A stretch of DNA of 64,000 nt from Planctomycetota bacterium. GTDB taxonomy: Bacteria; Planctomycetota; PLA2; JAEUHO01. The stretch lies in NCBI GenBank assembly GCA_965223505.1, contig CBDCWP010000013.1, forward strand, positions 192,001-256,000. Reading direction: 5' to 3'. How positions within the stretch are numbered: position 1 is the first letter of the stretch; each line of letters starts with the position of its first letter. A model generated the notes under the pieces. The model was not told where the DNA came from and searched no databases. It saw only the letters and a list, made by a program, of their open reading frames with translations. The translations under genes were made by a program, and so were the position numbers. Positions 1-9,936 of the stretch are shown here, piece after piece.

Positions 1-524
1 CCGATGCAGGCGAGCAACCCAAAAGCAAGGACCATCCACCCCAGCAATCCAGATACCAGGTAGGCGAATTCAGAGCGGCGCGGTTTGGCAATGACGATGA
101 GCGCGACTCCAATCCACAAAAAACACAGCGCCGTCTGCGGCGCCATGCGCCCAGGATGCGCAGTTTTAACGGTGATCGAAGCGCGCATGATGAGCTGATC
201 GATTATGAGGTCGAGCCCAAACAGATACTCGCATAAAGTCAATAAACTAATCGCCGCCGCCAACAGACTCCCGATTGGGACCACGCGCCTCCAACCGGCG
301 GCGAGCGCCATGAGACTAATGCCGCAACACAAAAAACACAGGGCCGTGTTGACCTGCATCGGCGCGAGAGAGGGGCGCACTTGCACCAGCGCCGCGCTTT
401 GCGCATACCATCCAATAAGGACAGCCAGACCCAAGACGACGACGCAGACAGCGAGGATTCCAGGTGTGAGCGTGGATGCCGGCGAGTCGATTAACCATCT
501 TTTCGTCGAAGCGCGCCCTGACAT
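1..524 (-). CDS. N-terminal membrane sensor region of a probable histidine kinase or diguanylate cyclase (runs off the window)
   Basis: Read manually, absent from the ORF track. GGAGG RBS, then ATG at 524: MSGRAST...LAVCVVVLGLAVLIGW...PMQVNTALCF...PGRMAPQTALCF, several TM helices typical of sensor N-termini. Confidence 0.7.
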   Translation of the reverse strand, partial: MSGRASTKRWLIDSPASTLTPGILAVCVVVLGLAVLIGWYAQSAALVQVRPSLAPMQVNTALCFLCCGISLMALAAGWRRVVPIGSLLAAAISLLTLCEYLFGLDLIIDQLIMRASITVKTAHPGRMAPQTALCFLWIGVALIVIAKPRRSEFAYLVSGLLGWMVLAFGLLACI

Positions 525-653
525 AGGGCCCTTCCTCCTGCTTGCTCTTCCATGATGCGCCATCGAGATCGTCACGAAGTGAAACAGGCAAGAGTATGCG
601 CTAATTGCCGAATTGGGGTCAAGTCAATATTCTGAAGGCGGATAGGAGCGCGC

Positions 654-2333
654 CTATCTCCCGCAGGCGCCCCAAACGATGCCCAGAAACGCGCCGATGC
701 TAGCGCCTGAGATCGCGTATTTCTGGAAACCTGTATGCAATGCCTGTTGAATAGTCGGGAGCGCCCCACGCCAGTCGACTCTAAGCAACGCCTCCACCAG
801 GGCGTCTTCGGGCGCTGTGCTTAGCCCAATTGGCGTCAGCCCCATCATCATACTAACGCCGACGCCAATGCCGACGCCTAGGATGCCGCCGCTGAGGATG
901 CGGCCCCAAGGAGATGGACCGCCTTGGCTCACGGGAATTGCCGGGCGTCTGCATGCGCCCCAGAACATCCCCCAGAACACGCCCCACGCAACGCTCCATC
1001 GAGCGCCCCAGCCGAGCGTCCACAGCATGTCAAGGTTGGCTTGTAAGGCGAGGGTCGGCGCCAATAGAACCCGTACGAGCAACCACACCAAGGCGCCAGA
1101 GATAGCGCCCCACAGAGCGCCGCTGAGAACGGACCTCATCCATGAAGGGCGCGACGTCGCGCGCGGGACTGGCGGCGTTGGATGCGGCGAGGTCGCCGCC
1201 GGCATCGGGCGTGTCGGCGGCGCAGGCGAGCGCAAAGGCATTTGAGCAGGCGGGGCCGCCTGTGTGTGATGCTGGCCTTGAACCGCTTGACGCGATGGAA
1301 ACGGATCGCGTCCTCCTAGGCGTTTAGCGCGTTCGCACCAAGGGCAACTTGAACAATGCTCGCTATACAGGTGTTGCTCATTCGCCCGGCATGAAATCAG
1401 GGTGCGTTCTGCTTCACGCAACGCCTTTTGCCAAGCGTGCGCATCCGGTCGGAGGCCAGGATTGGCGTGGCCTTTTTCGAAGCAGGTGAGAAAGAGATCT
1501 TGCAACGCCGGGTGCAAAAGCGCAAAAGATGGCGCAAAGGGCATGGGGTGATAGGGGCCGGCGCAGTGTTGACTATAGGGAAAATGGCCCGACGCAATGC
1601 GCGCCTCATAGGGCGGTGGGTCGCCTTGGCCCTGAAAGACGCCTGCAAACGGGTGGACGCCTTCCATGAGCAATTGAAAAATCAACACCGCCAAGCCGAA
1701 CCGATCGTGCTCGGGAACTCGGTCGATGTCGGCAAAAGCGCGACCCTGGAGTTCAGGCGGCGTATACTCCGGTCGGCCGACGGGGCAGCGATAGATCGCG
1801 CCATTTTGAGGCTCGCGCACCTGAAAAGAATCGGTGTCCACAAGCGTCACCAGCGCCGTATCCGTAACGAGCATGTTGGCGGCGTTCACATCGCCGATCA
1901 CGTAGCCTCGATCGTGCAAGGCGCGCACGGCGGCGGCAAGATTGTGACCGGTGCGATGCAGGTAGCGATAATTAAAAAGCGGCGATTGCTGACGACGCGT
2001 TCGGGGATTGTAATAGGTCATGATTGAGCGTATGTCGTCGGCGCGCCGCATGACGAAGCCGATGACCTGAGGCTGACGATCGGTCGTCAACAGCAGATCT
2101 AAAGGCCAGGCAATGGAGATATGCCCGTTGGCGGCCATGGGATCATCGGGCGCGTTGGCGATCATCGCGGCGAGCTTGCGCCCGTGGGCTGGCGTTGGGT
2201 GATGATACACTTTCGCCACGAGGGTTGTATCTCGGGGAATGTTGTAGATGCGCGCCTCCCCTCCGGCGCCGACGGTCGAAGCGGCGTCGAGCCGGAGAGA
2301 TTGCCCGGTGGATTGTCGTCGCGCCAGCATCAT
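654..2333 (-). CDS. YegI-like Ser/Thr protein kinase of a TerY-P triad, with Cys/His motif, Pro-rich linker and C-terminal TM helices
   Basis: GAGGEA, VAKVY, IGDVNAANML, DTDSFQ, GRPEYTPPE and DRFGLAVLIFQLL kinase motifs; CxxxxxH...CPWC; adjacent to PP2C and vWA genes. Confidence 0.9.
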   Translation of the reverse strand: MMLARRQSTGQSLRLDAASTVGAGGEARIYNIPRDTTLVAKVYHHPTPAHGRKLAAMIANAPDDPMAANGHISIAWPLDLLLTTDRQPQVIGFVMRRADDIRSIMTYYNPRTRRQQSPLFNYRYLHRTGHNLAAAVRALHDRGYVIGDVNAANMLVTDTALVTLVDTDSFQVREPQNGAIYRCPVGRPEYTPPELQGRAFADIDRVPEHDRFGLAVLIFQLLMEGVHPFAGVFQGQGDPPPYEARIASGHFPYSQHCAGPYHPMPFAPSFALLHPALQDLFLTCFEKGHANPGLRPDAHAWQKALREAERTLISCRANEQHLYSEHCSSCPWCERAKRLGGRDPFPSRQAVQGQHHTQAAPPAQMPLRSPAPPTRPMPAATSPHPTPPVPRATSRPSWMRSVLSGALWGAISGALVWLLVRVLLAPTLALQANLDMLWTLGWGARWSVAWGVFWGMFWGACRRPAIPVSQGGPSPWGRILSGGILGVGIGVGVSMMMGLTPIGLSTAPEDALVEALLRVDWRGALPTIQQALHTGFQKYAISGASIGAFLGIVWGACGR

Positions 2334-2337
2334 GCCC

Positions 2338-3105
2338 TCAATCGATAGCTGTTGCGACCACCAGCGTCAGATCATCATCCGTGCGTCCGGTGATGCGATC
2401 TGAGCGGAGGAACGCGTTGATTTGTTTTTGCGCTTCCGTCGCGTTGGTCGCGTCGGCGACAAAGCGAAACAAAGGCTTAAAAAAGGGCGCATGGGGCATG
2501 CCTGAGGGCATTCTGAGAGCGAGCCGCTGTAAACCATCGGTAAATGCGGCCAGCGACGTGGGTTTACCTGGCCACACGCGCACTTGCGCCGTGTTCAAAG
2601 CGTCAGGCGAACTCAGAAAGGTCGTTTCGTTGGCGTATTCGCCGCCCAACGGCGTCGTGAGGGCAATGACGTTGCCTTCACCATCCCCAACGACAACCGC
2701 GCCATCGCCAATTTGCATCACGGCAACCTGATCGGCGGTGGCGACAGCCAGAATCAAGGTGGTCGCGAGATGGCGGCTCGCGACCCGCCGCGCTGTCGCT
2801 TCCGCATCGACCGCGGCCCGCGCCGTTTGAACAGCCGTCGTCAGACACGCCCTCCACCCCGCATGATGGCGTGGCCAGGGCGATTGCGATAGCTGCGCGC
2901 AAAGTGTGGTGACGGCTGTTGATGAGGCCATGATGGCGCCGATTTGGCCGAGCGGCGCCGAGCCGGCGCCGTCGGCGACCGCCACCACCAGACCGCCATC
3001 GTCTATGGCGCGCCAGCCATGCGCGTCTTGGCATGGCTGGCTTCTCCGTTGATGGCCCGTTCCCTGCACTGATGCGCTCGCGACATGCCAGCGAGACGCG
3101 CTCAT
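2338..3105 (-). CDS. PP2C-family Ser/Thr phosphatase (YegK/PphC-like)
   Basis: SVQGTGH, PCQDA, VADGAGSA, IGDG, TDG and DDDLTL motifs. Confidence 0.9.
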   Translation of the reverse strand: MSASRWHVASASVQGTGHQRRSQPCQDAHGWRAIDDGGLVVAVADGAGSAPLGQIGAIMASSTAVTTLCAQLSQSPWPRHHAGWRACLTTAVQTARAAVDAEATARRVASRHLATTLILAVATADQVAVMQIGDGAVVVGDGEGNVIALTTPLGGEYANETTFLSSPDALNTAQVRVWPGKPTSLAAFTDGLQRLALRMPSGMPHAPFFKPLFRFVADATNATEAQKQINAFLRSDRITGRTDDDLTLVVATAID

Positions 3106-3157
3106 CGTAATTCTCCTCCTAAGTTGTCTAGCTAGTTGGGAGCTTGCTCATCGCTTT

Positions 3158-3832
3158 TTAAACGGTTCCCCACTCTGGCGGCGGCAAGGCCAACTGGTCA
3201 TCCGGTTGCGACTGCGCGACCGCCTGCATGCTGGCGGAAAGCCAGACAAACATATCGACAAAATTCAAGCCTTTGAGCTTGAGTGGCGTACGTTCGACAA
3301 TTGTGCCTAACCGCGTCATGTTCGCATTTTCCACGCCCACCGCGAAGAAGGCGAGGCGATTTTCCGCCTCGTCCGTCTTCAGGCGATGCGCGGCTTTCTC
3401 AACCACGTCATCGGGTTCATCCTGCGGTTCGCCATCCGTCATCATAAAGACCCAAGGGCGATAATAGGCTACCCCGTTCGCGCGGTATTGCTCCTTGCGC
3501 GCTTGGACCATATCCAACGCTTGGTGAATCGCAGCGCCCATATGGGTGTATCCTTGCGCCGTCAGGGTTGGCGGATCGAACTGGTCAACCGTCACGAAAT
3601 CCTGGACCATCTGCACATCGCTATCGAAGGTAACAATGGCCAGCTCGACTCGTCGCAGCGCGAGCGAATCGCCCATGAGGTCGTCTCGAAAGGCGCGCAA
3701 CCCCTCATTTAACGCATCGATTGGAGCACCCCGCATCGAACTTGAGGTATCGAGCAAGAGAACGCAAGGACAACGCGGCTCAGGATTCTCTGCAAATTCC
3801 ACCGCCTCTTCAAGATGCGTGGCTTCAGACAT
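3158..3832 (-). CDS. TerY/YegL-like vWA domain protein
   Basis: ENPEPRCPCVLLLDTSSSM MIDAS motif, YYRPWVFMMTDGEP. Confidence 0.92.
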   Translation of the reverse strand: MSEATHLEEAVEFAENPEPRCPCVLLLDTSSSMRGAPIDALNEGLRAFRDDLMGDSLALRRVELAIVTFDSDVQMVQDFVTVDQFDPPTLTAQGYTHMGAAIHQALDMVQARKEQYRANGVAYYRPWVFMMTDGEPQDEPDDVVEKAAHRLKTDEAENRLAFFAVGVENANMTRLGTIVERTPLKLKGLNFVDMFVWLSASMQAVAQSQPDDQLALPPPEWGTV

Positions 3833-3858
3833 AGCATCTTCTCCTTCATTTTTATACT

Positions 3859-4102
3859 TTATTTCAGAATGGAGCTTTTTTCGATTTGTTTCTTTCGAGC
3901 TACATACTCTTGCCTATCGATTTTTCCTGTTCGATATTCTTCCTCTAACTGCTACATTTGACGATGCGCATGATATTCATAACCTGCTGCTCCAGCCGCC
4001 ACGCCCCCAAACAGCGCCTAGTCCGGCGCTTCCCAAATTACTGCTACCTCCAGATAGCAGAAAAAATGACAACAATAGTATTGGCGTCATTATTCGGGCC
4101 AT
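3859..4102 (-). pseudogene. Decayed small glycine-zipper lipoprotein (~80 aa)
   Basis: AGGAG RBS, ATG at 4102, signal peptide MARIMTPILLLSFFLLSG(G). After a +1 shift near 4010 it reads GGVAAGAAGYEYHAHRQM*QLEEEYRTGKIDRQEYVARKKQIEKSSILK*. Internal TAG at 3952-3954. Confidence 0.7.
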
Positions 4103-4214
4103 ATCTCACTCCTATTTAAAAGCCGACTCACCTTTGCAGGTTTTCCATATTGATAGAATTTTAATGACTACAGGATCGAGACTCATGAGTGCTAACGCTA
4201 CATGTATAATAAAA

Positions 4215-4230
4215 AGCAAATCTCATGCCA
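4215..4230 (-). promoter_or_regulatory. Sigma-54 (-24/-12) promoter
   Basis: Minus strand TGGCATGAGATTTGCT matches TGGCAC-N5-TTGCW with exact GG-N10-GC spacing; points at the lipoprotein/TerY-P genes. Confidence 0.75.
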
Positions 4231-4455
4231 TCTGCATCAAAGTCTGATAGCCAGGGCGGGTATAGGGGTGCGATGCGCATGTGAGCACATCGCATTAATT
4301 GGCATCCACATGCCTGAAACACTGCTTTGGCCGTGCTTTACACGGGACAGCGACGCATCCCAGCGATCGAGCCGACGCGACATTGGGCGCAAACGCTGAC
4401 GCCAGCCAGACGTTGAACGAGCCGCTAGCGATCGCGTCGGACGAGATCGATATGT

Positions 4456-4489
4456 TCTCATATTGAAAGAAGGTTGACTCATTCTGAAA
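4456..4489. promoter_or_regulatory. Candidate upstream activator sites (two imperfect TCTCA-N3-TGAGA palindromes)
   Basis: TCTCATATTGAAA (4456-4468) and ACTCATTCTGAAA (4477-4489), 21 bp apart; a perfect copy is at 6182-6194. Confidence 0.45.
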
Positions 4490-4745
4490 TGCTAGATATC
4501 GGAGCGGACACCTGTGGGTCTCGAAGACTAGAAGCGGCTTAGATTACTGACATTGGCGATGGATACGACCCTCCTCTAGTGGCGAGCCGCTTACCTATGG
4601 GCCTCCATAAAGCTGATCATTTCAATGGTTATACGTTTGCGGAAGCCACAGGGATGTCCAAGCCGAGCTGCCCAGGAGGTAATGGGGAGATGATGAAAGA
4701 CGTCGGTCAAGCGCGAGCGCGCGACCGCAGGGAGTTCTCTTAAAC

Positions 4746-6101
4746 TTATGAAATTTGGTACTCTTTTAGCTTCCGGTACAAGGTCGCTGGAGCAATCGCC
4801 AACTGACGCGAGGTGGCCAGACGATTCCCTTCACAGTGTTTTAGGGCCTGCACAATGGCTTCACGCTCGATGTCTTGCAGGGTGACTTCAAGCGGCAGCA
4901 CAAAATAGCCGTCCGTTTCCGGGATGGGCTCCCCGCGCAGCTCCTCAATGTTGAGGTCGTCTTCGGTAATCGAGTCGCCAGATGCCAAAACCACGGCCCG
5001 TTCGATCACATTCTCCAGCTCGCGAATATTGCCGGGCCAGGTATGCGCTTGCAGACGATTCAAGGCTTCGTGTTGGATGCCGGTAATATTTTTTTGATTT
5101 TGTTCACTATATTTCCGAATAAAGTGGGCCACGAGCAATGGGATATCATCACGGCGCTGGCGCAGGGGGGGCAATGCGATGGCGATGACGTTGAGTCGAT
5201 AGTAGAGATCCTGGCGAAACCGCTTGGCGACCACCTCCTCAGCTAGGTCTTTGTTGGTGGCGGTAATGATCCGCACATCCGCTTGAATATCCCGTGTGCC
5301 GCCCAGGCGTTTAAACGTGCCATCCTGCAACACGCGCAGGAGCTTCGATTGAATTTCGAGGGGCATGTCGCCAATTTCATCGAGGAACAACGTGCCCTGA
5401 TTGGCCAACTCAAAGTGACCCGGTTTACGGTCATAAGCCCCTGTAAACGCGCCTTTCTCATGCCCAAAGAGCTCCGCCTCCAACAAGCTGGCGGGCAGCG
5501 CCGCCGCGTTGAGGGTGATCAACGGCTTCTCCGCTCGCGGACTCAAGCGATGCAGCAAGGTCGCCACCAATTCCTTACCCGTGCCGCTTTCCCCCGACAC
5601 CAGCACCGTGGCGCGCGACGGCGCGACCTGCTCCACCAAGTCTCGGATTTGACGCCACGCAGGACTCGAACCAATCACTTCGGCCCGGACGAATTGATCT
5701 CGCACTTGGCGTTTGAGGGCGAGATTTTCAACCATAAGCACCCGCATGGCCAGGGCTTTATGGGCTGTCCGCAGAACGTCATCGCGACCAAGCGGCTTAA
5801 GCAAATAATCAAACGCGCCCTCTTTCATCGCTTCAATCGCGACATCAATCTCTCGATGCCCCGAGATCATGACCACCGCGGTTCCCTCATCTTCTTGCTT
5901 GACCTGCCGCAAGAGGGCGAGCCCGTCCATCTTAGGCATTTTCACATCGCTAAACAGCAAATCGACGTCTTGCTCGCGTAGATGTCCCAATGCCTCTTCG
6001 CCAGAGGTAGCCGTCAACACCGTATAGCCCTCGCGCTGGAGAATTGCTTCCATGGCTTTGAGCGTACTACGCGCATCATCAACAACTAAGATTGTCGCCA
6101 T
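4746..6101 (-). CDS. Sigma-54-dependent response regulator (NtrC/AtoC family: REC-AAA+-Fis HTH)
   Basis: REC (LVVDD, DVKMP), GESGTGKE, GAFTGA, LFLDEIGD, WPGNIREL, TLYRKL. Confidence 0.95.
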   Translation of the reverse strand: MATILVVDDARSTLKAMEAILQREGYTVLTATSGEEALGHLREQDVDLLFSDVKMPKMDGLALLRQVKQEDEGTAVVMISGHREIDVAIEAMKEGAFDYLLKPLGRDDVLRTAHKALAMRVLMVENLALKRQVRDQFVRAEVIGSSPAWRQIRDLVEQVAPSRATVLVSGESGTGKELVATLLHRLSPRAEKPLITLNAAALPASLLEAELFGHEKGAFTGAYDRKPGHFELANQGTLFLDEIGDMPLEIQSKLLRVLQDGTFKRLGGTRDIQADVRIITATNKDLAEEVVAKRFRQDLYYRLNVIAIALPPLRQRRDDIPLLVAHFIRKYSEQNQKNITGIQHEALNRLQAHTWPGNIRELENVIERAVVLASGDSITEDDLNIEELRGEPIPETDGYFVLPLEVTLQDIEREAIVQALKHCEGNRLATSRQLAIAPATLYRKLKEYQIS

Positions 6102-6181
6102 ACCCTGCCAATCTCCATCTGCGTAATAAGATCTATCGCCAACTAATGAAGGCTATTCTAGCATACTGGATGATTGTCGTC

Positions 6182-6194
6182 TCTCAAAATGAGA
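6182..6194. promoter_or_regulatory. Perfect palindrome TCTCAAAATGAGA upstream of the activator gene (possible autoregulatory site)
   Basis: Seen directly in the sequence; resembles the sites at 4456-4489. Confidence 0.4.
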
Positions 6195-6444
6195 TAAAAT
6201 TTGCCCTCGGACCGCTGTCGTCAGTATTGCTCCTAACTCACAGCGCCAGGCCGCACAAGATATAAAAAACAATTTGAAAGGTTGCATTGTCAGCCATCAC
6301 ATCAGACACGCTATGATCAAAACAAGGCGGCAAGAATTTTCTGGCATAGCGCATCTCGTCACCGTCTTGATGCGCCGACATACGATACGATCCCCAGTAG
6401 CCGCAGCGGAGCAAGGCGAGATGAGCCCCTTGTGCGGCGAGGCT

Positions 6445-7428
6445 TTATGTCTCGAGGATGATCTTACCAAACTGATTGTTGGCCAACATATACGCATGCG
6501 CAGAGGGGAGATCATCGAGCGCGAACGCGCGGTCGAGAACGGGCCGCAGCCGACCGGCTTCAAAGGCGCCGAGAAGGTCGGTGACGAACCGCTGGCTACA
6601 CACGAACGCTTCCTGCGGCGTGCGCGTTCGAAAGGTCACGCCGATCAACGACAACCGATTGAGCGCGACCCAGTCCAGATCGATCGTCGAGTGGCGGCCG
6701 TCGTTGCGGCCTACGCTGATGTAGCGCCCACCCACGGCCATCGTGGCCAGTAGGCCCGGAAATAAGGAGCCGCCCACGAGGTCGATCACCACATCGATAC
6801 CGCCGCTCACACGCCGCGCCTGTTCCGCCCAGTCCGCCGCTGTCGTGTCCACGATGTGGGTGGCGCCAATACCCATCAGCGCCGACGCCTTTGCTGGCGA
6901 GCGGGTCGTGGCGGCCACCAATCGAGCCCCCAAGTACCGGGCAATCTGAATGGCCGCTGTTCCCACCCCCGATGAACCCGCCGAGATCAGGACTGCGTCA
7001 TTGGCCCGCATACCCGCCGCTGTGACCAGCGCATCGTGGGCCGTGACAAACACATTGGGAATGGCGGCGGCCTCCGCGTCAGACAAATGCCCCGGAATGC
7101 GCATGAGGGCCGACGCATCGACGACCGAATATTCTGCGTGGCAAGCGGCCCCGCGGCCCATCACGCGGTTCCCAACGGACCACCCCATCACCCCATCGCC
7201 GATCGCCGCGATGACGCCGGCAAATTCAATGCCTGACGGTCTAGAACGGGCTGTGGGATCGGTTGTGCGCAGCGCCGCGCGGCCAATGATTTCCCCCCGG
7301 TTGACGCCCGCGCCCCGGATGGCGACCAACACCTGGCCAGGACCGGGATGCGGAATCTCCACCTCTCTCCGCTCCAGTTCTCCACCGTCAGCGCCAGGGA
7401 CGACCCACCACTGATGCATCCGTGACAT
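6445..7428 (-). CDS. Zinc-independent MDR / NADPH:quinone oxidoreductase
   Basis: GVNRGE, GIEFAG, AGSSGVGTAAIQ and GKIIL motifs. Confidence 0.9.
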   Translation of the reverse strand: MSRMHQWWVVPGADGGELERREVEIPHPGPGQVLVAIRGAGVNRGEIIGRAALRTTDPTARSRPSGIEFAGVIAAIGDGVMGWSVGNRVMGRGAACHAEYSVVDASALMRIPGHLSDAEAAAIPNVFVTAHDALVTAAGMRANDAVLISAGSSGVGTAAIQIARYLGARLVAATTRSPAKASALMGIGATHIVDTTAADWAEQARRVSGGIDVVIDLVGGSLFPGLLATMAVGGRYISVGRNDGRHSTIDLDWVALNRLSLIGVTFRTRTPQEAFVCSQRFVTDLLGAFEAGRLRPVLDRAFALDDLPSAHAYMLANNQFGKIILET

Positions 7429-7468
7429 TTTTAGCTATTCCTCACGCCATGCGCATCATATGTTTAGG

Positions 7469-8305
7469 TTAAAACGGCGCATCGCCCTTAATGGTAATCC
7501 GGTGTAAGTTGCGAACGCTATCGCCGTAATCGTGCACGGCGTAGTGCATGGTGCAGCGATTGTCCCACATCACCACATCGCCCTCTCGCCACATGTGGCG
7601 GTAACAGCGATCCGGGCTGACTGCGTGTTGGTAGAGAAAGTCGAGCAAGGGACGGCTCTCAGCCTCCGTCATGCCTTCAAAGTGAGGCACGGTATCGCCC
7701 GGATTCCCAAGAAATAACGCTTTGCGGCCAGTTTCGGGGTGAGTGCGGACCACCGGGTGATAGGCGTAGGGGACTTCGCCCTCATGACCATAGAGCTTGG
7801 CCAGGCGCAGGCCCTGAAATTTGGCGCGCAGGCCGTGGAGCAACTGTTTCATCCCGTCCGACAAGGCTTCATAGGCCAAATACTGGTTGCTCCACATGGT
7901 GTCGCCGCCTGAAGCTGGCATGTCGCGGGCCACGAGAATGGTCAGGGCGGGCGGTGCGGCCATGAAAGTCGAGTCATAGTGCCAATTCTCGGTTACCGAC
8001 TGCGCCTTACCCCGATTGCGGAGCTGCAACACCCCGTCATAGCCATCGATATAAGGCGCCATCGGGGTAATGGAAATCTCGCCCCAACGTTTTGCGAACG
8101 CGATGTGCGCCTCAATACTAATGGCCTGATGTCGAAAGACCAGCATCCCGTGCGTCAAAAAAGCAGCATGAATATCGGTGAATTGGGCATCCGTGAGGTG
8201 ATTCAAATCAACGCCATCGACACGAGCCCCGATGGCCCCGGTCAGCGGTGTGATGGCGATCTTGCTGCTGGCGGTTTGAGGCTCACTTACCATCGGGCTC
8301 GCCAT
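7469..8305 (-). CDS. TauD/TfdA family Fe(II)/2-oxoglutarate dioxygenase
   Basis: WHYD (HxD), GGDTMW, HPVVRTHPETGRKAL, WDNRCTMH. Confidence 0.93.
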   Translation of the reverse strand: MASPMVSEPQTASSKIAITPLTGAIGARVDGVDLNHLTDAQFTDIHAAFLTHGMLVFRHQAISIEAHIAFAKRWGEISITPMAPYIDGYDGVLQLRNRGKAQSVTENWHYDSTFMAAPPALTILVARDMPASGGDTMWSNQYLAYEALSDGMKQLLHGLRAKFQGLRLAKLYGHEGEVPYAYHPVVRTHPETGRKALFLGNPGDTVPHFEGMTEAESRPLLDFLYQHAVSPDRCYRHMWREGDVVMWDNRCTMHYAVHDYGDSVRNLHRITIKGDAPF

Positions 8306-9174
8306 ATCAATCTCCTTCTATCAAACTAAAATTTGGGCATCACGCGGTCAGCGAAGAGCTTCATGCACGCCATCACCTTATCATGCGCCATGCTGCCAAA
8401 GGAAAAGGACGCGCCGAAGTAGTCGATGCCGTGTCGCTGCTGGAGCGCCTTGATGCGGTCCACGCAGTCCTCCGGAGTGCAGAAGTAGAGGTTGTTCGCC
8501 AATTCCTCGGCGTAACTGGGCGGCGCTTCCGGGCGTATGGTCTTCCAGTGCGCTAGATCGACATTGATCTCGTCGCCCTGGGTAATGCTGCGCCGGTACG
8601 TACTCAGATCGCGAACCCAGGTGAGGGCGGCCTCTGGGTAGCGTTTCGCTTCCGATTCGTCTTCTGACAGCATGAATATCGGTGAATTGGGCATCCGTGA
8701 GGTGATTCAAATCAACGCCATCGACACGAGCCCCGATGGCCCCGGTCAGCGGTGTGATGGCGATCTTGCTGCTGGCGGTTTGAGGCTCACTTACCATCGG
8801 GCTCGCCATATCAATCTCCTTCTATCAAACTAAAATTTGGGCATCACGCGGTCAGCGAAGAGCTTCATGCACGCCATCACCTTATCATGCGCCATGCTGC
8901 CAAAGGAAAAGGACGCGCCGAAGTAGTCGATGCCGTGTCGCTGCTGGAGCGCCTTGATGCGGTCCACGCAGTCCTCCGGAGTGCAGAAGTAGAGGTTGTT
9001 CGCCAATTCCTCGGCGTAACTGGGCGGCGCTTCCGGGCGTATGGTCTTCCAGTGCGCTAGATCGACATTGATCTCGTCGCCCTGGGTAATGCTGCGCCGG
9101 TACGTACTCAGATCGCGAACCCAGGTGAGGGCGGCCTCTGGGTAGCGTTTCGCTTCCGATTCGTCTTCTGACAG
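8164..9174. repeat. 504-bp direct tandem duplication (8164-8670 and 8668-9174) covering the tauD 5' end and the LLM 3' end
   Basis: Identical sequence with period 504 and a 3-bp CAG microhomology at the junction; explains the chimeric ORFs 8326-8694 and 8381-8809. Confidence 0.95.
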
Positions 9175-9876
9175 GTAGACAAAGCGGAAGAAGGGCACGT
9201 CGGCCAGCCGGGACGGCTTGCCCGCGGCGGCGCAGCGCTCGTCGTAGAGGCGAATGAGCCCTAGCGTATCGTCTTGAGGCGTGAAGAAACTCGTCAGAAT
9301 GGGAAGGTCGCGGGCAACGGCGACGTCGACGCTGGCGGCGGTGCGCGATACGGCCAGGTGCACCGGCGGATACGGTTTTTGCAACGGTTTGGGCGCAATG
9401 GTCAGCCCGTCTACTTGATAGTACTGCCCGTGGTAGGTGAAGTCCTCGGTCGTCCATAGCCCCAAGATGATGTCCAACACTTCCTGGAAGCGCCTGTCGC
9501 GCGAGTCGAAATCGATCTTAAAATTGCCGTATTCGTAGTCGGCCGATCCTCGGCCGACGCCAAAATCCAGCCGGCCGTTGCTCAGCATGTCCACCATCGC
9601 CGCCTCTTCCGCCAGGCGGATGGGATGGTGGAAGGGCAGCACGCTGACGCCGGCGCCCAGTCGAATGGTCGAGGTCTGGGCGGCGATATGGGACAGGATC
9701 GGCATCAGCGACGGGAAGATGCCGTAACGGCTCGAATGGTGCTCGGCGATCCAGACCGAATGGAAGCCCAGCTCCTCGGCGTATCGAACCTGCTCCAGGG
9801 CCTCGGCGTAGATGCGGCTTTGGTGGGCGGCGTCGTTCTCCGTCCAAGACGCCAGAATAAAAAGCGAGAATTTCAT
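8830..9876 (-). CDS. LLM-class (luciferase-like) flavin-dependent oxidoreductase
   Basis: AEELGFHSVWIAEHH, HPIRLAEEAAMVDMLSNGRLDFGVGRG. Confidence 0.93.
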   Translation of the reverse strand: MKFSLFILASWTENDAAHQSRIYAEALEQVRYAEELGFHSVWIAEHHSSRYGIFPSLMPILSHIAAQTSTIRLGAGVSVLPFHHPIRLAEEAAMVDMLSNGRLDFGVGRGSADYEYGNFKIDFDSRDRRFQEVLDIILGLWTTEDFTYHGQYYQVDGLTIAPKPLQKPYPPVHLAVSRTAASVDVAVARDLPILTSFFTPQDDTLGLIRLYDERCAAAGKPSRLADVPFFRFVYLSEDESEAKRYPEAALTWVRDLSTYRRSITQGDEINVDLAHWKTIRPEAPPSYAEELANNLYFCTPEDCVDRIKALQQRHGIDYFGASFSFGSMAHDKVMACMKLFADRVMPKF

Positions 9877-9936
9877 GACGGATTTTACTCCTTTGAACGC
9901 AAGCGTTTCGTCGACTTGGCAGGCGAGGGCGCGAAC

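Noticed and set aside
3546..4247. 233-aa plus-strand ORF
   Set aside because: Antisense to terY and the lipoprotein pseudogene; no recognisable motifs.
4290..4315. Plus-strand TGGCA...TGC as a second sigma-54 promoter (similar near-matches at ~6342 and ~43631)
   Set aside because: GG-to-GC spacing is not the required 10 bp.
8326..8809. ORFs 8326-8694 and 8381-8809 as independent genes
   Set aside because: They are by-products of the 504-bp tandem duplication.
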